A stretch of DNA of 64,000 nt from Planctomycetota bacterium (GCA_020631815.1 JACKGW010000004.1:112184-176183), one strand, 5' to 3'. Positions 9,737 through 19,567 are shown, counted from the stretch's first letter. The notes: generated from the sequence alone by a model not told the origin. Numbers and translations: made by a program.

Positions 9737-10534
9737 ATGCCCGCGGCCCCGCTCGTCGACTCGCACTGCCATCTGACGTGGCCCGATTTCGAGGGCGACG
9801 TCCCCGCCGTGGTCGAGCGGATGGCGGCGGCCCACGTGGCGCGAGCCGTGGTCGTGGCGACCTCCGTGGAGGACGCACGGCGCACCAAGGCGCTGGCCGC
9901 AACCTCGCCGCTGCTGGTCCCCACGGCCGGCATCCACCCCAACGACCTGCCCGAGGGCCTCGACGACGCGCTGGCCGAGCTGCGATCGCTGGTGGCCGAG
10001 GGCGGGTACGTGGCTGTCGGCGAGACGGGCCTGGACTACTACCGCGACTCGACGGAGCCCGACGTCCAGCGCCGCGCCTTCCACGCGCAGTGCGAGCTCG
10101 CGGTGGCCCACGACCTGCCCGTGATCGTGCACATCCGTGATCGCGACGGGCGCACCGCGGCCTACGACGACGTGGACGCGGTCATCGGCAGCCACGAGGG
10201 CTTGCGCGGCGTCATCCACTGCTACACGGGCGGCCCCGACCATGCGCGGCGCTACCTGGACCGCGGCTTCGTGGTGTCCTTCGCGGGCATCCTGACCTTC
10301 CCCAAGGGCGAGAACGTCCGCGAGGCCGCGCGCGTGGTGCCGCTGGACCGCACGATGGTCGAGACCGACGCGCCGTTCCTGGCCCCGGTCCCCTACCGCG
10401 GCAAGCGCAACGAGCCCGCGTACGTGGCCCACACCGCGGCCGCCCTCGCCGCGCTGCACGGCCTCGAGCCCGACGAGATCGCCCGCCGCACGAGCCAAGT
10501 GGCGGCAGACCTGTTCCGCTTCGCCGTAGAGTGA
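9737..10534 (+). CDS. tatD: TatD-family metal-dependent DNase/hydrolase
   Basis: The sequence LVDSHCHL begins the HxH motif. GIHPND, ETGLDYY, IVHIRD, VIHCY and VETDAPFL are canonical TatD blocks. Confidence 0.85.
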   Translation: MPAAPLVDSHCHLTWPDFEGDVPAVVERMAAAHVARAVVVATSVEDARRTKALAATSPLLVPTAGIHPNDLPEGLDDALAELRSLVAEGGYVAVGETGLDYYRDSTEPDVQRRAFHAQCELAVAHDLPVIVHIRDRDGRTAAYDDVDAVIGSHEGLRGVIHCYTGGPDHARRYLDRGFVVSFAGILTFPKGENVREAARVVPLDRTMVETDAPFLAPVPYRGKRNEPAYVAHTAAALAALHGLEPDEIARRTSQVAADLFRFAVE

Positions 10535-11556
10535 GCCCCAGCCGGGAGGACGCCTTGGCCGAGACGTTGGACGTGCCCGATGCCGCCGCTGCGGTAGCCG
10601 CCTACGCGCGCGACGTGCAGGCGCTCCGCGACGAGATCGGCCGCGTCATCGTGGGGCAGGCGCCCGTCGTGGACGCCGCCATCTTGGCCCTCTTCGCGGG
10701 CGGCCACCTGTTGCTCGAAGGTGCGCCAGGTACCGGCAAGACGCTGCTCGTGCGCACGCTGGCGGCCGCTCTCGACCTCGACCTCGGCCGCATCCAGTGC
10801 ACGCCCGACCTGATGCCGGCGGACGTCGTGGGCACGTACTTGGTCGAAGAGCGCGATGGGCGCCGCGAGTTCACGTTCCGCCAGGGCCCCGTCTTCGCCC
10901 ATCTCGTCCTGGCCGACGAAGTGAACCGCGCCACGCCCAAGACGCAGAGTGCCCTGCTCGAGGCCATGCAGGAGCACCAGGTCACCGCCGGCGGGAAGAC
11001 CTTCCCCCTGCCCGACCCGTTCGTGGTGCTGGCCACCATCAACCCGATCGAGATGGAGGGCACGTACCCGTTGCCCGAAGCCCAACTCGACCGCTTCCTG
11101 CTGAAGGTGCTGGTGCCGGGCCCCAGCCCAGCCGAGATCGAGGCCATCCTGGATCGCACGACGGGCGCGGCGGTCCCCCAGGCGCGTCGCGTGCTCGACG
11201 GCGAACGCGTTCGCGCCATGCGCGCGCTGGCCCGCGAGGTACCGCTCGGTAGCCGCGTGCGCGCCTGGATCGCGCGCCTCGTCGCGGCCACGCGGCCGGA
11301 CGCCAAGGAGGCCGGGCCCCTGGTGAAGCGCTACGTGCGCTACGGGGCCTCGGCTCGCGCAGCCCAGGCGCTGGCGCTGGGTGGCAAGCACCTCGCGCTG
11401 GCGGCCGGGCGGGCGGCCGTGGCCCGCGACGACGTCCGCACGCTGGCCCACGCCGCGCTGCGCCACCGCATCGTGCTGTCCTTCGAGGCCGAGGCCGAGG
11501 GGATCGCCCCCGACGCCCTCGTCGACGAGGCCCTGGACCGGGCCGGCAAGGGCTAG
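10531..11556 (+). CDS. MoxR-family AAA+ ATPase
   Basis: Walker A GAPGTGKT, Walker B/sensor LADEVNRA and the typical MoxR N-terminus (IGRVIVGQ). The GTG start overlaps the tatD stop (GTGA). Confidence 0.85.
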   Translation: MSPSREDALAETLDVPDAAAAVAAYARDVQALRDEIGRVIVGQAPVVDAAILALFAGGHLLLEGAPGTGKTLLVRTLAAALDLDLGRIQCTPDLMPADVVGTYLVEERDGRREFTFRQGPVFAHLVLADEVNRATPKTQSALLEAMQEHQVTAGGKTFPLPDPFVVLATINPIEMEGTYPLPEAQLDRFLLKVLVPGPSPAEIEAILDRTTGAAVPQARRVLDGERVRAMRALAREVPLGSRVRAWIARLVAATRPDAKEAGPLVKRYVRYGASARAAQALALGGKHLALAAGRAAVARDDVRTLAHAALRHRIVLSFEAEAEGIAPDALVDEALDRAGKG

Positions 11557-11681
11557 AAGGCGCCCCCGGGCCGCTTCGGCGGCCTCCAGGCCCCGATCGG
11601 AGGCGCGAGGACGGCGCGTCGCGGGTAGCATGCCGCGACCCCGGGGACCGCCCGGGGGGCTCGCGATCGGGAGGGAGCAGC

Positions 11682-12455
11682 ATGAAGCTCGAGAAGCGCC
11701 GCTACGAAGACGTCCTCATCCTCAGGTTCGTCGGGGAGTTCGACTCCTTCAACCTGCCCGGCTTCAGCGAGCACATCGACAAGATGATCGAAGGGGGCGA
11801 TCGGAAGCTCATCCTCGATTGCCATCTCCTGAAGTTCATCAACTCGGCCGCGCTCGGCTACCTGATCAAGACGCGCAAGCGCCTCACCGCCGAGGGCGGC
11901 GACATGCTCTTGGCCCGTCCGAGCAAGTTCGTGAAGAAGACGCTCGGCACGCTGGGCCTGGACGCGCTCTTCCGCATCTTCGACTCGGTCGAGTCCGCGC
12001 TCATGCACTTCAAGCAGGGCCTGGACGTGGGCAAGCTCAACCTCGAGGCCGGTGAGCAGGACGAGTCCCTCACGGGCAGCGTCCCGATCCTCTTCCGCCC
12101 CGCCGGCAGCGACGCCGACGAGGAGGCCCCCAACCAGGTGGGCCGCATCGTCACGCTGTACGAGGACGGGCTCTTGTTCCGCTACACGGCCGAGGGCGCC
12201 CTGGCCGGCGACCCGGTGCACGGCTTCCTGAAGGCCGGCGCGGACCTCAAGATGAAGTTCCGTCAGCCCTTCGCCGTGAAGGACCACTACTTCGAGATGC
12301 TCGGCAACGTGGTCGAGGTCAGCGAACAGACCGACGACGACGGCAGCAGCCTCACGGCGCGCGTCCACTACGGCGACATCTCCGACGAAGACCGCATGCA
12401 CCTGCAGCAGTTCGTTCGGGATCAAGACGCCTGGCGCCGCGAGCTCGGGCAGTAG
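11682..12455 (+). CDS. STAS-domain protein (anti-sigma-factor-antagonist-like) with a roughly 140 aa C-terminal extension
   Basis: The N-terminus (YEDVLILRFVGEFDSFNLPGFSEHIDKMIEGGDRKLILDCHLLKFINSAALGYL) is SpoIIAA/STAS-like. The C-terminal half (RIVTLYEDGLLFRY ... MKFRQPFAVKDHYFEML) may be a PilZ-like beta-barrel. That is a guess from composition, not a motif match. Confidence 0.6.
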   Translation: MKLEKRRYEDVLILRFVGEFDSFNLPGFSEHIDKMIEGGDRKLILDCHLLKFINSAALGYLIKTRKRLTAEGGDMLLARPSKFVKKTLGTLGLDALFRIFDSVESALMHFKQGLDVGKLNLEAGEQDESLTGSVPILFRPAGSDADEEAPNQVGRIVTLYEDGLLFRYTAEGALAGDPVHGFLKAGADLKMKFRQPFAVKDHYFEMLGNVVEVSEQTDDDGSSLTARVHYGDISDEDRMHLQQFVRDQDAWRRELGQ

Positions 12456-12543
12456 GTAGGGGCGTCGCCTGGCGTACGTACGGGCGGCTCGCCAGATGCT
12501 CGGCGTAGGCGACCTGAGCAGGCTTGCGGACGTCGCTGGAGGT

Positions 12544-12626
12544 GGCGGGGAATTCTTCCGCAGCTTGCCGCCCTGCTTGTCCGGATGGGGAGGGTCGATC
12601 GGCAAGCTGCGGAAGGAATCCCCGCC
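12544..12626. repeat. Long imperfect inverted repeat (about 27-bp arms, 25/27 complementary) with a 29-nt loop between convergent genes
   Basis: Left arm GGCGGGGAATTCTTCCGCAGCTTGCCG (12544-12570). Right arm CGGCAAGCTGCGGAAGGAATCCCCGCC (12600-12626). It lies between the STAS gene stop (12455) and the aroB stop (12682). Confidence 0.7.
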
Positions 12627-12681
12627 TCCGTACAGCCTTTGGCGAGTCGCGGCTGCCCTTCGCGACTCCGTAGCCGCGCGA

Positions 12682-13740
12682 TCAGGGCGAAATCGCCGCC
12701 AGAGCTTTCGTGATCTCGTCGTTGGTGACGTCGTCGACGATGCGGACGTCGTCGGCGGCGATGGGGAGCACGAAGGTGTGACGCTGGTCGTCGGTGCGCT
12801 TCTTGTCCTCGCCGAGTGCGGCCAGGATCTCGGCGGCCGGCACGGTGGCCGGTAGCCGCACGGGCAGGCCCAGCCGCACCAGGTCGTCGCGCTGATGGGT
12901 GGCGTCGGCGGCGGGGATCAAGCCACGCCGCACGGCAAGGGCAGCGGCCACGACCATGCCCAGCGCCACGGCCTCACCGTGGCGCACGACCTCGGGACCC
13001 AGCACGCGCTCCAACGCATGGCCGACCGTGTGCCCGTAGTTCAAGCGTCGCCGCACGCCGAAGTCCCGCTCGTCCTGCGCCACCACCTCGGCCTTCAGGC
13101 GGGCGGAGGCCTCGAGGACGGCAACCCACGCCTGCGCGTCACGCGGCACGCCCGCAGCCAGGAGGCGATGCAACCCAGGCGCCCCCAGCCGCGCGCACTT
13201 GTAGACCTCGGCGAGACCCGCGTGCACCTCGCGCTCGGGCAACGTCGAGAGGTGGTCCACGTCGGCAATCACGTGCGCGGGCGGATGGAACACGCCCAAC
13301 AGGTTCTTGCCGCGCGGGTGGTTGACCGCCGTCTTGCCGCCGAGCGCCGCGTCCGCCATGGCCACGACCGTGGTGGGCACGGCGATCCAGGCGAGGCCGC
13401 GGCGCACGGTGGCCGCGGCAAAGCCCCCCACGTCCAGGGCGGCCCCTCCGCCGCGCACGATCACGGGCTCGTCGCGACGCAGCTCGAGCAGTGCATCTTG
13501 GACCGTGGCCAGCACGTCGCGCTGCTTGGCCGCCTCACCCGCAGGCAGCTTCACGACGACGGGCTCGAGGTCCTCCGGCCACGTGGGCGCAGGCCAGAGC
13601 GCGTCGACGTGCTCGTCCACGACGTAACCGACGCGCCGTGCGCGCGGGCCCAGCTCGCGGGCACGGGGGACGACGTCGCGCACCACGCCAACGCCCACGA
13701 CCATCTGCGTCGTGCCCAGCGGCGTGTCGAGGCGGATCAT
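12682..13740 (-). CDS. aroB: 3-dehydroquinate synthase
   Basis: Carries the NYGHTVGHALE metal-binding block, GGGAALDVGGFAAA and LPTTVVAMADAALGGKTAVN, which is the NAD/substrate region typical of AroB. 352 aa. Confidence 0.85.
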   Translation of the reverse strand: MIRLDTPLGTTQMVVGVGVVRDVVPRARELGPRARRVGYVVDEHVDALWPAPTWPEDLEPVVVKLPAGEAAKQRDVLATVQDALLELRRDEPVIVRGGGAALDVGGFAAATVRRGLAWIAVPTTVVAMADAALGGKTAVNHPRGKNLLGVFHPPAHVIADVDHLSTLPEREVHAGLAEVYKCARLGAPGLHRLLAAGVPRDAQAWVAVLEASARLKAEVVAQDERDFGVRRRLNYGHTVGHALERVLGPEVVRHGEAVALGMVVAAALAVRRGLIPAADATHQRDDLVRLGLPVRLPATVPAAEILAALGEDKKRTDDQRHTFVLPIAADDVRIVDDVTNDEITKALAAISP

Positions 13741-15272
13741 CCGCTCGCGCCGCCTTCGTCGTCGGCGTCCGCCCCGCCCTCGTCGCCATGGCGACGACGC
13801 TGGCGCAGCTTGGCGCGGTGTTCTTCCTGCCGGTGCTCGGCACGGCGTCCGGCGCGCACCACGACGAGGTAGAACAACAACGCCAAGAGCACCATGCCGC
13901 CCGCGACCCAGCGCATGGCCACGGGGAGGTCGCTGTCGGCGCCCTCGGGATGCGGCTCGGCGTAGAGCACCAAGAAGGTGGGCACGCTGACCTGCCGCGG
14001 ACGTTTGCGCTCGCGATCGGGCAGCTTCAGCTCGTACGTCCAGTTCTTCACGAACACGCCGAACAGGCGTACGTGTTCCTTGCGCTTGCCCTCCACGGGC
14101 GGGAACGCGTTGGTGGCGAACGGGACGTAGGTGCGAATGACGACGTTGAAGTAGTCGTCGGCCATCACGTCCCAGACGACGAGATCGTCGATGCCCTCGC
14201 GGTTGGCGGGGATCTGGGCCCAGCTTTGGTGGATGACGTCGGCGATCAAGGCGTCGAGGCGGAACAAGCGTCCGCGAGCGCCGTCGGTGAACGGACGATC
14301 ACCTTCGGTGAATTCGACCTCCTTGCCCCAATGCTCGAAGGTGTCCTTGTCCCACTCGGTCCAGGGCATGCGTCCGTCGCGGATGCGCGCGGCGATCTCC
14401 TCGGCGCCCACGTTGCGCGCCCAGCGGACGGTCTGGAACAGCGCGGGTTCGTCCCAGCGACGCGTATCGACGAAGGTGCGGTCGCGGACGTCTTCCCAGT
14501 CGGCCTCGCGCGGGTCCTCGATGGCCGAGGGCCGCTCGTCGGGGGGGAAGTCGGAGCGAAAGCGCAGGGCGTAGAGCACGGGCGCGGGGCCGGCGACGGC
14601 CACGTCGTCGAACGTGCCCGTACGCGTCTGCACCATCACGCCGCGGGCACGGGCGCGGTCCCCCACCTGCAAGAACCGCGGGATGCCGCTGTCGCGCTCG
14701 TAGCGGAAAGGGCGGCCGGGCAGGACCTCGTCGCGCAGGATGGGGCGCACCATGACCACGTGGCCGCCCTCGTCGCCGCGCAGCACGGCGATCTGCAGGA
14801 TGCGCGTGGGCTCGTCGTTGGGTCCCACGGGGCGGCCGTCGAGGTGGAAGCCCTCCTGGGACAGGGCCACGACCTCGCCGCGCACCTGCACGACCTCGCC
14901 GCGCAGAGTCTCCACGGGACGCGCGAGCAGCGTGGACACGTCCACCGGACCCCCGTCGTCCGGCAGCTCGACCTTGCCCTTCACGGCGTCGTCGATGCGC
15001 CGCAGTGCCGCCGCGGACCAGCGGAAGGGCTCGTCGCCAGAGGCCTCCTGGGCCAAGGCCGCCTTGTCCACCACGAAGGGGCGCGGAGGCGTGGTGTCGC
15101 GCGTCTCGGAGTCGGCGCCGAGCGACTCGCGTCTCTCGTTGGTCTTGCTGCCCAGCATGGTCGCGGCGTAGATGCCGCCACCTGCGAGCAGACACAGTGC
15201 GACCACGATGGAGAGGCGGAATCGCTCGCGGGCGCTGCCGCCTGCCGCGGTCTTCTTGAGATCGTCGAGCAT
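13737..15272 (-). CDS. Hypothetical membrane protein (N- and C-terminal TM helices, large central domain)
   Basis: 511 aa. Has an N-terminal anchor (LSIVVALCLLAGGGIYAATML), a C-terminal TM (WVAGGMVLLALLFYLVVV), balanced composition (W/F/Y/K present) and high GC3. It overlaps the aroB start by 4 nt. No recognised domain. Confidence 0.5.
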   Translation of the reverse strand: MLDDLKKTAAGGSARERFRLSIVVALCLLAGGGIYAATMLGSKTNERRESLGADSETRDTTPPRPFVVDKAALAQEASGDEPFRWSAAALRRIDDAVKGKVELPDDGGPVDVSTLLARPVETLRGEVVQVRGEVVALSQEGFHLDGRPVGPNDEPTRILQIAVLRGDEGGHVVMVRPILRDEVLPGRPFRYERDSGIPRFLQVGDRARARGVMVQTRTGTFDDVAVAGPAPVLYALRFRSDFPPDERPSAIEDPREADWEDVRDRTFVDTRRWDEPALFQTVRWARNVGAEEIAARIRDGRMPWTEWDKDTFEHWGKEVEFTEGDRPFTDGARGRLFRLDALIADVIHQSWAQIPANREGIDDLVVWDVMADDYFNVVIRTYVPFATNAFPPVEGKRKEHVRLFGVFVKNWTYELKLPDRERKRPRQVSVPTFLVLYAEPHPEGADSDLPVAMRWVAGGMVLLALLFYLVVVRAGRRAEHRQEEHRAKLRQRRRHGDEGGADADDEGGASG

Positions 15273-15420
15273 GTTGGTCTCGAGTTCCGTTCGGGTCGGA
15301 ACCGGGCGGGTCGCGAGCGCCGTAGGCTACCACGCGGTCGCCCCGGAACGGGGCCGGGCCCCACTGCGGAAGCGACGAGGAGGCCTCCAAGCGGTAGCGT
15401 TCCCGGCCGTGCTGCCGCCC

Positions 15421-16749
15421 GTGCTCCGCTCCCGCGCCGACCTCGCCCGCATGCTGGCGGCCGCGACGAACTACGAGGAACGGATGCCGCTCCGCGGCGT
15501 TCGCGCCAGCTTCGACCTCGATCGCGTGCGCCGCTTGTTCGCCGACCTGGGCGAGCCGCAAGCGGCATCGGGGGACGTGCTCCACGTCGCGGGCTCCAAG
15601 GGCAAGGGCACGACCGTGCGCCTGGCGGCCCACGCCCTGAAGCGCGCGGGCCGAGGGCCGGTCGGGCTCTTCACCTCGCCGCACCTCGAGGACCTCGCGG
15701 AGCGCATCGCGATCGACGGCGTCCGCATCGACGACGAGACGCTCGTCGGAGTGGCCGAGACGCTGCGCCCCCACTTGGCCAAGCGGCTGGGCACGCGCGA
15801 AGCGGCGACCTTCTTCGAGGTCACCCTGGCCATGGCGTGGATCGCCTTCCGCCAGGCGGGCACGCGCTCGGTAGCGCTGGAGGTCGGCCTCGGCGGCCGC
15901 CTCGACGCGACGAACGTCGTGTCGCCCAAGGCCACCGTCATCACGCACATCGAGCTCGAGCACACACGTCTGCTGGGCAACACGGTCGAGGCCATTGCCC
16001 GCGAGAAGGCGGGCATCGTGAAGCCCGGCGTGCCCGTCGTCGTCGGCGCCCAGGGCGCGGCCGCCGACGTGATCGAGGCCATCGCCCGCGAGCGCGGCGC
16101 CCCGTGTCGACTGCGCGGTCGCGACTTCGCCGTGCTCCGCCACGAGGTGCTGCCCGGAGCACGCGGGCGCGCGTGGCTGCGCACGCGCGACGGCGAGGTG
16201 GTGATGGACCTGCCCGCCGCGGGTCGTCCGGTCGCCGAGAACGCCGTCCTCGCCTACGAGGCGCTCCGCGACATGGGCCTCACCGCAAGCGAGCTCGACG
16301 GTGCGTTCGCCGACGCGAAGCTGCCCGCCGTGCTCGAGACGATCGCTGGCGAGCCGCGCGTGGTCGTGGACGGCGCCCACACGACGTCCTCCGCCAGCGC
16401 CGTCGCCACGACGATGGCCGAAGCCTTCCCCGACGAGCAGCCGCGCGTCCTCGTGGTGGCCTTGCTGAAGGAGAAGGACGCGGCGGGGATCCTCGCGCCG
16501 CTGGCCGCTTGGGCCACGCACGTGATCACGACGCAGGTCGAGAGCCCACGCGCCCGCCCGGCCCGCGAGACGGCCGATGTCATCGAGCGCATCACGAACC
16601 GCGCCGTCGAGCGCGTGTCCGATCCCGCCACCGCTTACGCGCGCGCCCGCCGCCTCGCGGCGCCCGGCGGCGTCGTCCTCGTCACCGGCAGCCTCTACCT
16701 GGCCGGTGCGGTGCGTGCGCTGGCTCGCGTCACTCCCTCTCCAACCTGA
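15421..16749 (+). CDS. folC: Bifunctional folylpolyglutamate synthase / dihydrofolate synthase
   Basis: Mur-ligase-family blocks are present (HVAGSKGKGTT P-loop, GLFTSPHL, EVGLGGRLDATN, VDGAHT). The start was trimmed to an in-frame GTG (15421) or ATG (15451). The long N-terminal extension of track ORF 15172 looks spurious. Confidence 0.8.
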   Translation: MLRSRADLARMLAAATNYEERMPLRGVRASFDLDRVRRLFADLGEPQAASGDVLHVAGSKGKGTTVRLAAHALKRAGRGPVGLFTSPHLEDLAERIAIDGVRIDDETLVGVAETLRPHLAKRLGTREAATFFEVTLAMAWIAFRQAGTRSVALEVGLGGRLDATNVVSPKATVITHIELEHTRLLGNTVEAIAREKAGIVKPGVPVVVGAQGAAADVIEAIARERGAPCRLRGRDFAVLRHEVLPGARGRAWLRTRDGEVVMDLPAAGRPVAENAVLAYEALRDMGLTASELDGAFADAKLPAVLETIAGEPRVVVDGAHTTSSASAVATTMAEAFPDEQPRVLVVALLKEKDAAGILAPLAAWATHVITTQVESPRARPARETADVIERITNRAVERVSDPATAYARARRLAAPGGVVLVTGSLYLAGAVRALARVTPSPT

Positions 16750-19567
16750 CCTCGAGTGGGGACTTCGCATCCGGCGGGATGACGATCGCCTCGTCCATCG
16801 CTCGGTAGCCGGGCGGTACGGTCACGCGCAGCAGTCGCCTGGCTCCCGGCAGCGGGGGCGGAAGCACGGCGAGCCCGAAGCGGTCCGTAGCGACGCGCTC
16901 GAACGGCTTGCGCCTGTACATCCATCGGGTCCCGCTTCCGAAGTCGTAGTCGACTTCGATGCCAACGCCGCCCACCAAGCCCTTCGCATCTCGAACCGCG
17001 AGCGCCAGTCGAGGATCGCGTTGAAGCTGCACCGGCTCTGCGCCGTCGAGCGGGACGATCCGCGGAAGGAGGCGAATCTCGGTCCCGTCCGGCCGCTTGG
17101 CACGGACGACGACCAGGTCGTAGCTCTCGACGAGCGAAGAACCGCCGGGGGGCGGCTTCCCAGCTGTCATTCGCGCCATGCGCAGCGTGCGGTCCAGATC
17201 GAGAAGGCTGAGGCGACCAACGTGGACCATCCGAACGCCGTAGGGCTCGACCCACTCCCCCACACGCTGGATCTCGGACCCTTCCTCGCCGGGGCGTGGC
17301 AGCTTCCGCACGGTGGCGAGCACGAGCATCTCGGTGGGTACAAGCGGCAGCCCCTCGTCGTCTTCGAGCCGGAGGACGAACTCGTGGGGACGGCGCTCGT
17401 AGGGAGCAAGAGCCGGCGCTGGCTTGCGGGTGGTGAGCTCGAGCAGCGAGGCCCACAGCTGCCCGTCACGCTCGGCGAAGACACGGTGGCGAATCGGAAA
17501 GCCGTCCTCGGGTCGGAGCGTCGCGAGCTCGCCACCCGCAAGGCGGTACTCGCTCTGTTGGACCGGATACCACGTGCCATCCCGCTCGGAGACGACGACC
17601 ACGTCGGCCACTGGCCTGGCGGGTTCGGACGGCCTGAGAACGGGCAAGAGCTCGGATACTGCGTCAAGCTGCAGCTCGACACGTGTCTCGCGGCCGACGG
17701 TCACGTCGAACTCCACGCGGCGCACGGTTCCACGCGAGCCGGTAATCACCACGTAGTGCCGGCCCGGCCCGAGCCCGCGCATGCGGGCGAATCCGCGATC
17801 GTCGAACCGTGCGAGCTCATCGGGATCGGGGCCGTGGAGCTTGAACCAGTCGGTCCCACCGAAGCTGGTGATGTGGCGAGGCGCCCGGGCCAAAGCGCCC
17901 ACCGGCCGCACGTGCAGGCCGGCGAGGGGCATGCCGTCTGGCGACGTGGCATGGAGGAGGGCGCTGCCGCCCGGACGCAATGCGACGTGGATTTCGTCGG
18001 CGAGATCGTCGATGCGCGCCCAGTAGCGGCGATGCGCAGGCGAGGAGATCCACAGCTGGGCGCCGGGCTGGTCGATGGGGCCGACGTCCAGGCGGAACCG
18101 TCCCTGCTCGTCCGTCCGCGCCGCGCACATCGTGTCGCCGTCGAGACCCTGTACGAGCGCGTCGGGGATCGGGTCTCCTGCACCGTCCACGACGCGTCCC
18201 TCGATCACCCGGCCTGGTGCGTCCACTTCGGGCGCAGGCGGCCGCCCGCGTGGAACCTCCACGTCGCGGACCGGCGTGACCGCCACGCGCACCTCCACGC
18301 TTGGACCCTTCGGCGGCTCGTCGAGAAACTCGAGCCACCGCTTGTCCGCCTCGACTCGGAGGCGCGGTGCTGTCAGCCGCCACAGACCTGGCGGAAGCCA
18401 CGTCCGGAAGGAACCGTCTTCCTCGGCCAACACCCACCGGAGCCCAGGCCACAGTCCCAGGGCCCGCTCGATGCTCTCCCGGTCGGGGTCGAGGCCCGCC
18501 TCGACGCCGCGCGGCGGCGGGATCACTTCATGGACGACAAGCCACCGCGTGAGCTCCGGTTCTCCTGCGACGCCGGGTGCGTGGCCCTCGACGAGGGTGC
18601 CGCGTGTCAGCTCGATGGGTCCAGCGGTCACGAGCTCGCCGCGGCCGGAGGGCCGGATCTCGACCCGCGGCGTGGGTGCGAACCCCGGAGCCTGCACGTA
18701 CACGCTCGGGAAGGTCAGCTGGAACAGGATGTCGTCCGCGGACGCCGTAGGGGGAAGCCTCCACCGGAAGCTGCCGTCCGCCTCCACGTCAAAGGGCGCG
18801 CTCCAGGGCCCCGAGCGTCCAAGCCGCACGGTCGTGTCGGGCGGTAGCGGCTCGCCGTCGACCGCGCGAATCTGTCCCCAGACACGCACGTCGCGCGCCT
18901 TGGCGTTCAACGCGGCGGGATCCACGCGCGTTGCTCCGGGCACGGCGGCACCGACCCAACGGCCTGGTCCTCGCTCGGCGTCCATCCAGCGCGCGTGAAC
19001 CCGACTCGGCGGCAGACCGTCGAAGCGCAGCGTGCCGGGAACCGCTCCGTCCGGACCCGCAACAGACCAGACGGGGGCTTCGAGCACATCCAGCTGCGGC
19101 CCGAGCACGGTCAGCCGAGCCTCGCCGTCGGTCTCCAGCGGGCTCGTGCGGATGCGCGCAGGCTCGGAGACCAAGCTGAACCCGATCACGTCGCCTTGCA
19201 CGTAGCGTCCGCGCTCGACGACCCGGACCTGCACGTGCGGGGGATCCCCGACGCACACCAGGCAGCGCGGGGCAGTAGGCAGCTCGACGGACGCTGCCCC
19301 ACCCACATCCGTTCGAGCTACAGGGGCCCGATCGAGGGCCCGAACCTGGTCGTAGGCGTCAAGCCACGCGGCAGCATCCTGCCGGGTGGGACGCATGCCG
19401 GTCGACTCCAGCGGTACCCAACGCACGGCGGCCATCGGCATCGGCCGGCCGTCGATCTGCGCCTCGACCACGACGCGAAGCGGAGGCTGCTCACCCGTCG
19501 GTGCGCGACGAGCCGATGCCAGCACGACAAGGACGAAGAGGGCGCCGAATGCTGTCGTTCGGAGCAC
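16730..19567 (-). CDS. Large secreted protein with repeated CarboxypepD_reg-like / Ig-like beta-sandwich segments, hypothetical
   Basis: 945 aa with signal peptide MLRTTAFGALFVLVVLASA. Contains repeated GxVxDxxGxPxxxAxV...TDxxGxFRL-type segments (for example GRVVDGAGDPIPDALVQGLDGDTMCAARTDEQGRFRL). No catalytic motif seen. Confidence 0.6.
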   Translation of the reverse strand: MLRTTAFGALFVLVVLASARRAPTGEQPPLRVVVEAQIDGRPMPMAAVRWVPLESTGMRPTRQDAAAWLDAYDQVRALDRAPVARTDVGGAASVELPTAPRCLVCVGDPPHVQVRVVERGRYVQGDVIGFSLVSEPARIRTSPLETDGEARLTVLGPQLDVLEAPVWSVAGPDGAVPGTLRFDGLPPSRVHARWMDAERGPGRWVGAAVPGATRVDPAALNAKARDVRVWGQIRAVDGEPLPPDTTVRLGRSGPWSAPFDVEADGSFRWRLPPTASADDILFQLTFPSVYVQAPGFAPTPRVEIRPSGRGELVTAGPIELTRGTLVEGHAPGVAGEPELTRWLVVHEVIPPPRGVEAGLDPDRESIERALGLWPGLRWVLAEEDGSFRTWLPPGLWRLTAPRLRVEADKRWLEFLDEPPKGPSVEVRVAVTPVRDVEVPRGRPPAPEVDAPGRVIEGRVVDGAGDPIPDALVQGLDGDTMCAARTDEQGRFRLDVGPIDQPGAQLWISSPAHRRYWARIDDLADEIHVALRPGGSALLHATSPDGMPLAGLHVRPVGALARAPRHITSFGGTDWFKLHGPDPDELARFDDRGFARMRGLGPGRHYVVITGSRGTVRRVEFDVTVGRETRVELQLDAVSELLPVLRPSEPARPVADVVVVSERDGTWYPVQQSEYRLAGGELATLRPEDGFPIRHRVFAERDGQLWASLLELTTRKPAPALAPYERRPHEFVLRLEDDEGLPLVPTEMLVLATVRKLPRPGEEGSEIQRVGEWVEPYGVRMVHVGRLSLLDLDRTLRMARMTAGKPPPGGSSLVESYDLVVVRAKRPDGTEIRLLPRIVPLDGAEPVQLQRDPRLALAVRDAKGLVGGVGIEVDYDFGSGTRWMYRRKPFERVATDRFGLAVLPPPLPGARRLLRVTVPPGYRAMDEAIVIPPDAKSPLEVRLERE

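Noticed and set aside
9661-10498. N-terminal 270 codons of the 692-aa ORF 8420..10498
   Set aside because: This part is antisense to tatD and compositionally aberrant. The coherent protein starts at the internal Met (9660), which has a TM anchor.
12496-12855. 119-aa plus-strand ORF between the STAS gene and aroB
   Set aside because: It overlaps the long inverted-repeat hairpin and the 3' end of aroB (antisense). Its Gly/Arg-rich composition marks it as spurious.
13491-16808. 1105-aa plus-strand and 823-aa minus-strand ORFs spanning the aroB/folC region
   Set aside because: They have low-complexity Arg/Gly/Pro/Ala composition, overlap the confidently assigned aroB, folC and membrane-protein genes in other frames, and show no motifs.
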